The translations under genes were made by a program, and so were the position numbers. The notes beneath the pieces were generated by a model. It made no database searches, was not told the origin of the DNA, and was given only the letters and a program-made list of their open reading frames with translations. A stretch of DNA of 29,409 nt from a bacterium (GTDB lineage Bacteria > Hinthialibacterota > Hinthialibacteria > Hinthialibacterales > Hinthialibacteraceae), in NCBI GenBank assembly GCA_041946805.1, contig JBHGBC010000064.1, positions 1 through 29,409 on the forward strand, in the 5' to 3' direction. Shown here one piece after another: positions 1 to 6,572 of this stretch; the stretch's first letter is position 1; every line of letters starts with the position of its first letter.

Positions 1-1
1 G

Positions 2-478
2 GATTCCTGGCTGACCATCAACGCGAACTCCAACACTGACAACCAATGGAATGTCCGCCAGAACCTCGGTCCCTACGGCCCGATTCTTGAAGCCTATCCC
101 AGCGGACCCGAGGACGCGCCCACCCTGAGAACCAAGGTGATTTTCTACCGGGGGGGAACCTACGACGTGTTCCTGAACATCGGCGACACGGCCGCCGCCG
201 ATCCCCAGCAAAACCTGGACGAGCCCATCCCCCTGAAATTCGGTTACGAAGGCGCGGAGTTGAAGACCTATCATCCGAACGACGGCGAGTTCAAGGGAAC
301 TCCCGGCTATAACAACTACGAAATGGCCATCGGACAAATCACGGTCCAGGCCGGCGAGCAGCGCAATTTCATCATCGACGACGCGATCGATTACGAGGGC
401 GCGGTCCGGTCGGTGTATCTGGGCATGCGGTTTGTCTTCAACGAAACGGCCGGGGTGAACGATTGGTCTCTGTTTTGA
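2..478 (+). CDS. C-terminal part of a hypothetical, probably secreted protein (5' end outside the window); ends ...ETAGVNDWSLF
   Basis: The frame of ORF 137..478 is open back to position 2 (DSWLTINANSNTDNQWNVRQNLGPYGPILEAYPSGPEDAPTLRTKV...). Codons are strongly G/C-ending and the composition is acidic and Gly/Asn-rich. Confidence 0.85.
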   Translation, partial: DSWLTINANSNTDNQWNVRQNLGPYGPILEAYPSGPEDAPTLRTKVIFYRGGTYDVFLNIGDTAAADPQQNLDEPIPLKFGYEGAELKTYHPNDGEFKGTPGYNNYEMAIGQITVQAGEQRNFIIDDAIDYEGAVRSVYLGMRFVFNETAGVNDWSLF

Positions 479-518
479 GTCTCCAATCCCCTAGATCCAC
501 CGCCGGCCGCCGGGCGTG

Positions 519-553
519 AAGGGGGAGAGGGGAGTCTTCCCTTCCCCCCCTTT
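519..553 (+). terminator. G/C-rich hairpin between the first CDS and the pilin gene; possible weak terminator or processing site
   Basis: AAGGGGGAGAGGGGA ... TCCCTTCCCCCCCTT imperfect inverted repeat with only a short T run after it. Confidence 0.4.
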
Positions 554-567
554 GAAAGAAGGCTTCC

Positions 568-1224
568 ATGAACGGCCGAAACGCATTCACGCTCATCGAG
601 TTGTTGATCGTGGTCGCCATCATCGGGATTCTGGCCGCCATCGCCGTCCCGAATTTTCTCAACGCGCAAATCCGCGCGAAGGTGGCGCGGGGATTGGCGG
701 ACATGAAGAATCTGGGAACGGCGATCGAGTCGTTCCGTCTCGATAAAAACATGCTGCTGGTGGATTTCTGGGATGATGACACGGAGTTGGGCGTCGAACG
801 GATGAAACTGCTGGGAATCCTCCCCTTCAACAACGGGCCGGACCGGACCATGTTGCAAATTCTCGCGCCGCTGACGACACCCGTATCGTACATGACGGCG
901 ATTCCCCATGATCCGTTCGACGATCCCAAGTCCGCCAAGGACAGCGAGCAATACATCAAATACGCCAACGGCACGTATATTTACGGGGACAACGAGCCGG
1001 CCTTCAGTTTCATCGGCGAGAACCACGGCCTCAGCGGATTGACCGCCGCGGGCAGCCAGGAATCCGGGCAACGGCCATTGCAGCCCAACGAGTGGGCGCT
1101 GATCGGGATCGGCCCGGACGGCTTATGGCAAAACACGCTGCGGGGTTTGCCCTATCAGACCTCCAATGGGTTGACGAGTCTGGGGGACATTGTCATCCGC
1201 TCGGGCGGGGGCGGAGGCGAGTGA
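568..1224 (+). CDS. Prepilin-type N-terminal cleavage/methylation domain protein (type IV pilin / T2SS pseudopilin-like), 218 aa
   Basis: MNGRNA|FTLIELLIVVAIIGILAAIAVP: short basic leader, Phe+1, Glu+5 and a hydrophobic helix. GAAGG lies 6 nt upstream of the ATG. Confidence 0.93.
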   Translation: MNGRNAFTLIELLIVVAIIGILAAIAVPNFLNAQIRAKVARGLADMKNLGTAIESFRLDKNMLLVDFWDDDTELGVERMKLLGILPFNNGPDRTMLQILAPLTTPVSYMTAIPHDPFDDPKSAKDSEQYIKYANGTYIYGDNEPAFSFIGENHGLSGLTAAGSQESGQRPLQPNEWALIGIGPDGLWQNTLRGLPYQTSNGLTSLGDIVIRSGGGGGE

Positions 1225-1266
1225 CGGCAGGCGAGATCGATCCAAACAGAGAGGAGTGCCACCATC

Positions 1267-2718
1267 ATGAATCCACATCACTCTCACCCAACCGGATGCG
1301 GTTGTGACCGGCGCGGCTTTCTGGCCACGATGGGCGCGGGCATGGGGACCCTGATCTTTCAACCCGCGTTCGCTCAATCCGCGAGCAGCAAACCGCGTGC
1401 AAAGGAACCGGCCCGGATCTGGGTGGCGTTCCTATACACGCCCTCCGCAACGCTGCGCCAGCCCGGCCAGTGGTGGAGTTGGCCGGGGAACGATTTCGAC
1501 GCGGAAGGCCGCCAGAAGCAATACACGAACGCCCTCCGCGGCATGGCGGAAAGAGCGCCCATCACCCTGGAATTTTTCGATCCGCCGATTCAGGACGAAT
1601 CGGGCGCGGATCAATTCATCCAACGGGTGAAACAGGCCCAGCCGGACGGGGTTATGTTGTTCCCCCTCTTCAATGGAAGTTTCGATTGGCTCGACCGGAT
1701 CCTGGCGGCCACCAGTCCGGAAGCGGAGCCTTCCATACCCGCCATTGTGTTTTGTTGCCTGGGGGTCCATCACGGCTCGATCGTGAAATATCAACGGAAG
1801 GGTGTGCATTACATCCAATCCCTGGACAACCTGGAGGCGATGGAATATGGATTGAAGATGATCCAGGCCCGGAAGTCCATGGCCGCCGCCCGGATCATCA
1901 GCGTCGCCGGCCTGGAGGATGGGAAGGAAGCGGTCGTTCCGTTTTGGGGAACCACGGTGAGGACCGTCTCCTTGCGGCGTTTCGAGGAGGAGGTGCGCAA
2001 AACCGGAATCACCCCGGAGGTGGAGCAGCTGGCGCGGGCGTTCAAGATCAACGCCCATAGAATCCTCGAGCCCGCCGATCCGGAGATTTTGCAGGCGGCC
2101 CGGGTGCATTTCGCCAACCGGCGCATACTCGAAGCGGAACAAGGCGACGCGATGATGATGGATTGCCTGCGGCGCGGAGAGTTGATGCCCTGCATGAGTT
2201 TCATGACGCTGCGCGACGCGGGGACCGCCGCCGGCTGCGAGAACGATCTCGGCCCGACGCTGACCTTGATGCTGGTTCAACAGCTCTTCAACCGGCCGGG
2301 ATTTCAGCACAATCCCTGCTACGAAACCGAGTTGAACCATTATTTCGCCTCGCATTGCACGTCCGCGACACGGCTGTTCGGCATCGATCAACCCCAGGAG
2401 AAATACCTGCTGCGCAATTACGGTCACACCAACGATCCGACCTGCTGCCCCCAGGTGCTATGGCGTCCGGGAGAGGAGGTGACCATGGCGCGCTGCATTC
2501 CCGAAGCGGAGCCCCAGATGCTGCTGTATTCGGGGAAGGTGGTCCAATCCCACGACATGCCGCCCGCCGGCGGATGCCGCACGAATGTGGAGATCACCAT
2601 CAACGAATGGGACGACGCGTGCCAGGTGAAGGGCCATCACAATGTTTTGTTCTATGGCAATCATGTGCAGCGGTTGAAGCAATTCTGCCGGTTTTATGGA
2701 ATCCAGATCGTGGTATGA
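1267..2718 (+). CDS. Tat-exported L-fucose/L-arabinose isomerase-like protein, 483 aa
   Basis: Twin-arginine signal DRRGFL followed by AFA|Q. PCMSFMTLRDAGTAAGCENDL matches the C-E-x-D metal-site region of this family. SHCT, GCRTNVEI and GHHNVLFYG resemble the family C-terminal domain. RBS GAGGAG. Confidence 0.7.
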   Translation: MNPHHSHPTGCGCDRRGFLATMGAGMGTLIFQPAFAQSASSKPRAKEPARIWVAFLYTPSATLRQPGQWWSWPGNDFDAEGRQKQYTNALRGMAERAPITLEFFDPPIQDESGADQFIQRVKQAQPDGVMLFPLFNGSFDWLDRILAATSPEAEPSIPAIVFCCLGVHHGSIVKYQRKGVHYIQSLDNLEAMEYGLKMIQARKSMAAARIISVAGLEDGKEAVVPFWGTTVRTVSLRRFEEEVRKTGITPEVEQLARAFKINAHRILEPADPEILQAARVHFANRRILEAEQGDAMMMDCLRRGELMPCMSFMTLRDAGTAAGCENDLGPTLTLMLVQQLFNRPGFQHNPCYETELNHYFASHCTSATRLFGIDQPQEKYLLRNYGHTNDPTCCPQVLWRPGEEVTMARCIPEAEPQMLLYSGKVVQSHDMPPAGGCRTNVEITINEWDDACQVKGHHNVLFYGNHVQRLKQFCRFYGIQIVV

Positions 2719-2828
2719 AGATCCCGCTTGAGGTCAAGCCTCCCGCTCATCGCGCGTGGCCACGCCCATCGATACCCTCCTGGACAACCGTCCAGCCATG
2801 ATTCCAGTGGAGCGGGATGCCTCTTGAT

Positions 2829-2856
2829 TTGACATCCCGCGACCGGGAAATATAAT
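2829..2856 (+). promoter_or_regulatory. Consensus sigma70 promoter for the metal-efflux operon
   Basis: TTGACA (2829-2834), 16-nt spacer, TATAAT (2851-2856), 38 nt upstream of the ATG at 2894. Confidence 0.8.
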
Positions 2857-2893
2857 GATTCCCACTGCCATGGAGGAATGAGCGTTTCGCGAA

Positions 2894-3334
2894 ATGAACG
2901 GATTGCGGCGGTGCTTGATCCGGGTGTTGATCCTCTACCTGCTCGTGCTGATGCCCGGCGGGGGCCTCGTGTTGTGCCGGGGCGCGGACGGGCACATGGC
3001 CATCGAATGGGCCGAGGAGGAGGGAAGTTGCTGCATTCAAAGCGGCTTGGTCCGATCGAAGGATCAGCCCGCGCGCTGGTCCAATCCTTTCGGCCCATGT
3101 GTTTGCCAGCCGTGCCGGGATGTTCCCCTCACCCTGGCCGCGGGAGTCGAAGCCTCCCGGCCGAACCTGGGCCGATTCCATTTCCCGAATGGTGACACAG
3201 GGGGATTCGGCGCCGTTCCAGCTAAACAAATCCTTTCCTTGATTATTCACGAGAACCCAAACCGCATTTCCTCATCAAGCCCATTCCATACTCCGTTTTT
3301 ATCCCACCTGCAAACGGCCAGCCTGCGGAATTGA
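2894..3334 (+). CDS. Small exported or membrane-anchored Cys/His-rich hypothetical protein (possible metal-binding accessory factor), 146 aa
   Basis: Hydrophobic N-terminus, then LVLCRGADGHMAIE, SCC and CVCQPCRD. First ORF after the promoter and co-oriented with czcCBA. Confidence 0.65.
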   Translation: MNGLRRCLIRVLILYLLVLMPGGGLVLCRGADGHMAIEWAEEEGSCCIQSGLVRSKDQPARWSNPFGPCVCQPCRDVPLTLAAGVEASRPNLGRFHFPNGDTGGFGAVPAKQILSLIIHENPNRISSSSPFHTPFLSHLQTASLRN

Positions 3335-3551
3335 TGCCGTTCTGATGTAATCCAATTTCGAAATCCAAACAAAGACCAAAGCCACGCGCTGGATGTGATT
3401 GATTTACTCCCGCGGATGGAACGTCATCCGGCGCGAACCGCAACCAGGAGAGAAGGACTTCCCTCACCTGGGGCAACCGGATGAGAACGTGATGGTTCCA
3501 TTCAAGTTACTAGGAGCGCATTTACAGAATGAATCCAAGGACAATCCAGTG

Positions 3552-4907
3552 ATGAAATTGAAAAAAATTTATCAGTCCGTGATCGCTGGCTGTGGTTTGT
3601 TCTTCATTTTCGAGGGAAGCGGCCAGGAAGCCAAGAATTCACCCTTTCAGGAATCCAGGGGGGATATCACCCTCGCGCAATGCCTGGACTGGGCGGCGCG
3701 GGAGAATCCCGGATTGAAGGCGCCGCGGATTGAAATCCAGGCGCGGGAGGGATGGGTGGAACAAGCGGGATTGTATCCCAATCCCGAGTTGGGTTTCGAG
3801 GCGGAGAATTTTTTGGGGACTGGTGATTTTCAGGGTGTGGAGGGATTGGAGGCAACAATTCAAGTAAGCCAGCTGATCGAACTGGGGGGCAAGCGGATTC
3901 GCCGGATCCAAGTGGCCGAGGCGGAGCGGGAGCAAGCGCGGGTGGCGTACGAACAAGCCCGTTTGGATGTGCTGTACGAAACCGGCGGGGCGTTTCTCGG
4001 CGTGTTGGCGGCGCAGGAGCGGCTGCGGGTGTTCGAGGAGTTCCACGAGCTCAGCCGCCGGGTGTATGAAACCATCCAGGCCACGGTGGAAGCCGGCCGC
4101 GATTCCCCGGTGGAAGAGACCCGGGCGCGGGTGACGATGGTTTCTTCCCAGATCGACTTGGAGCGGGCGCGGCGGGAATTGAACAAATCCCGATTGGCGT
4201 TGGCGAAGAACTGGGGAAGCCATGCGCCGGTGTTCAGCCGGGCGGTGGGCGATATTCAACAATTGCCGGAAGCGCCGGGGCTGAATGAACTCCTGGCGAA
4301 ACTGCAAATCACGCCGGAGTGGGCGGCGGCAGCGGCCGAGATCGCACGCCGGCAAGCGAACGCGGCCCTTGAGGAAGCCCAAACCGTACCCGATCTTGAG
4401 GTGGGCGTGGGGACGCGGTACCTGCCGGAATCGGACGACGGCGCGCTGGTCATGGGCTTCACCATTCCCTTGCCGGTGTGGAACCGCAACCAGGGGGCGG
4501 CGCGCGCGGCCCGGGATCTGGTAGGAAAAGCCGAAGCGGAACAGCTAGCCATGGAGAGCCACTGGCATTCAGACTTGGCCGCCGTTTATGAAACCTGGCG
4601 TCAGGCCCACGGTGAAGCAGTCCGCCTGCGGGATGACGTACTGCCGGGGGCGGAAGAGGCGTTCGAAGCCACGCAAGAAGGTTTCCGGCTGGGGAAATTT
4701 CCCTACTTGAGCGTGCTGGACGCGCAGCGGTCGCTGATCGAATCGCGGGAACAATTCATCGAGGCAGCCCTGGAAGCGCACCAGGCCTTCAACCGCCTCA
4801 GCCGATTGACCGCGGACCACGCGTTTCTCGATAGCGATCCCAGCGGCTCCAAACAGAATTTCCCTCTCCCTCTGGTAGAGGGTCAGGGTGAGGGTAGCCC
4901 TGAATAG
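3552..4907 (+). CDS. czcC: TolC/CzcC-family outer membrane efflux factor
   Basis: AGLYPNPELG, QLIELGGKR..R, IPLPVWNRNQG and GFRLGKFPYLSVLDAQR motifs. Start moved from 3399 to ATG 3552 (or GTG 3549) because AAGGA precedes it and MKLKKIYQSVIAGCGLFFIF looks like a signal peptide. Confidence 0.9.
   Translation: MKLKKIYQSVIAGCGLFFIFEGSGQEAKNSPFQESRGDITLAQCLDWAARENPGLKAPRIEIQAREGWVEQAGLYPNPELGFEAENFLGTGDFQGVEGLEATIQVSQLIELGGKRIRRIQVAEAEREQARVAYEQARLDVLYETGGAFLGVLAAQERLRVFEEFHELSRRVYETIQATVEAGRDSPVEETRARVTMVSSQIDLERARRELNKSRLALAKNWGSHAPVFSRAVGDIQQLPEAPGLNELLAKLQITPEWAAAAAEIARRQANAALEEAQTVPDLEVGVGTRYLPESDDGALVMGFTIPLPVWNRNQGAARAARDLVGKAEAEQLAMESHWHSDLAAVYETWRQAHGEAVRLRDDVLPGAEEAFEATQEGFRLGKFPYLSVLDAQRSLIESREQFIEAALEAHQAFNRLSRLTADHAFLDSDPSGSKQNFPLPLVEGQGEGSPE
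4861..4894 (-). repeat. Solo copy of the 34-bp CCCTCACCC/CCCTCTCCC hairpin repeat, inside the czcC 3' end; a degenerate second copy follows at about 4918-4953
   Basis: TCCCTCTCCCTCTGGTAGAGGGTCAGGGTGAGGG matches the reverse complement of 29317-29350 at 31/34 positions. Confidence 0.85.
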
Positions 4908-5019
4908 GTGGAACTCCGCTTCCTCTTCATAGGAGAGGGGCCGGGCGTAAGAGCAAATCGGCGCACCGCTTCATCGGTGGAGCATGTGACCATAGATCTC
5001 GGCGGCGCAATTAAACTAG

Positions 5020-5039
5020 CCCAGGGCTTCAGCCCTGGG
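5020..5039. repeat. REP-like palindrome CCCAGGGC-TTCA-GCCCTGGG
   Basis: Perfect 8-bp stem between czcC and czcB. Related degenerate units at about 9878-9925 and about 22702-22772. Confidence 0.6.
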
Positions 5040-5064
5040 GCACACAGGAAAGGAACTCTCCATC

Positions 5065-6561
5065 ATGAAAACCATACTTCGCTTCACCGGCAACCTGCTC
5101 GGTTTTTTGATCATCACCCTGGGCTTGGTGTACGCCTATTTCGCCATCCAGCCGGAAGGAGCGGAACCCCGGCCGGGGACGGCGCCGGTTCAAGCGGCCA
5201 TCCCTCCGCAAGAAAGGGATCCCAACCGCTTATGGTGCCAGGAACATGGCATCTATGAGGATGAGTGCGTCCTTTGCCATCCGGAACGGGCGGCGCAAGG
5301 GATGAAAGAACCGGCCGCGTCCGGCGATATCCCGGCGGATGCCCACGAACACGCTCATGAGGACGCACCCGGGCACGATCATGGACATATCCAAACGTCA
5401 GAAGGAACGTACTGCGCGGAGCACAATCTGCCCGGGGAGGAATGCGGAATCTGCCAGCCTCAGCAGGCGGAGATCCTGAAACCGGGGGAGAGTTTGAAAA
5501 TCCGGCTGGGATCCCTGGAATCGGCAAGCAAGGCGGAAATCCAAACTACCAAACCACAAACCGGCGTGTTATCCGACGAGCGGACCTTCCTATGCGAGAC
5601 GGCCTTCAATCAAAACCGTTTCGCGCGGATTTCACCCCTGGCCGACGGGGTGATTCAAAACGTACGGGTGGATGTGGGAGAAGAGGTCAAGGAAGGCCAG
5701 GTCCTGGTAGAGATCGCTTCCCCCGAAATCGCCAAGGCCTGGAGCGAGTATTTGAAGGCCATCGATCAGGAGAAGCTGAAAGAGCACGCCCATCAACGGG
5801 AAAAAGACCTAGCCGCCAAGAACATTTCCGCCAAGCAGGATCTGCAGCAAGCGGAAGCCGAATATCAAATCGCGCGGACCGAAACCCAGACCGCCCGGCA
5901 GCAGTTGATCAACCTGGGGCTGACCGCGGACGATGTGACGAAGATGGGTAACGCGCGGTCGTCATCGTCGCGGATTACCTTGCGCGCGCCCTTCGTGGGG
6001 ACGATCGTGGAACGCAACGCGGTGATGGGTGAAGCGGTGAAGGCGGGCGAACCGCTGTTCCAACTCGCCGATCTCTCCACCCTGTGGCTGGAATTATCGA
6101 TTCCCGAAGATCAGGCCGCTTCCGCGCGGAAAGGCAGCCGGATCGTGGCGGAATTCGACGCGCTGCCCGGCCTCGAGGGGGAAGGGAAAATCGACTGGAT
6201 CTCGCCCCAGGTGGATCGGGACACCCGGATGATCAAGGCCCGCGCGGTGATCCCCAATGAAGAGGGGAAATTGAAAGCCGGCTTGTTCGGCCAGGTTCAA
6301 TTGGTACAGGAGACCCGGGCCGAACGGATCATCGTCCCCCACGGGGCGGTCCAACGGGTGGATGGCAAGCCGTTCGTGTTCGTGCGGCAAGGCGATGATC
6401 TGTTCGATCTGCGCCATGTCCGCCTGGGAAGGCAATCCGGAGGCCGGGTGGAAATCCTCGCGGGGGTGTCGCCGGCGGATGAGGTAGTCACCGCGGGGAG
6501 TTTCACGTTGAAATCGGAATTCCTGAAATCCCGTTTTGGCGCGGGCTGCGCGCATGATTGA
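5065..6561 (+). CDS. czcB: CzcB/CusB-family RND periplasmic adaptor with a Cys/His-rich N-terminal extension, 498 aa
   Basis: N-terminal TM helix; ISPLADGVIQ..V.VGEEVKEGQ.L and LRAPFVGTIVER lipoyl half-motifs; LADLSTLW; VDRDTRMIKARA; LKAGLFG. RBS AAAGGA. Confidence 0.92.
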   Translation: MKTILRFTGNLLGFLIITLGLVYAYFAIQPEGAEPRPGTAPVQAAIPPQERDPNRLWCQEHGIYEDECVLCHPERAAQGMKEPAASGDIPADAHEHAHEDAPGHDHGHIQTSEGTYCAEHNLPGEECGICQPQQAEILKPGESLKIRLGSLESASKAEIQTTKPQTGVLSDERTFLCETAFNQNRFARISPLADGVIQNVRVDVGEEVKEGQVLVEIASPEIAKAWSEYLKAIDQEKLKEHAHQREKDLAAKNISAKQDLQQAEAEYQIARTETQTARQQLINLGLTADDVTKMGNARSSSSRITLRAPFVGTIVERNAVMGEAVKAGEPLFQLADLSTLWLELSIPEDQAASARKGSRIVAEFDALPGLEGEGKIDWISPQVDRDTRMIKARAVIPNEEGKLKAGLFGQVQLVQETRAERIIVPHGAVQRVDGKPFVFVRQGDDLFDLRHVRLGRQSGGRVEILAGVSPADEVVTAGSFTLKSEFLKSRFGAGCAHD

Positions 6562-6572
6562 GCGGGGGGATC

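Noticed and set aside
3399..3551. N-terminal extension of TolC from TTG 3399
   Set aside because: The RBS and signal peptide fit ATG 3552 or GTG 3549.
4908..5258. 116-aa ORF between czcC and czcB, and small ORFs at 20692-20973, 21087-21499, 22655-23011 and 25509-26156
   Set aside because: They are translations of repeat DNA (PSP..GRG-type peptides) or overlap real genes.
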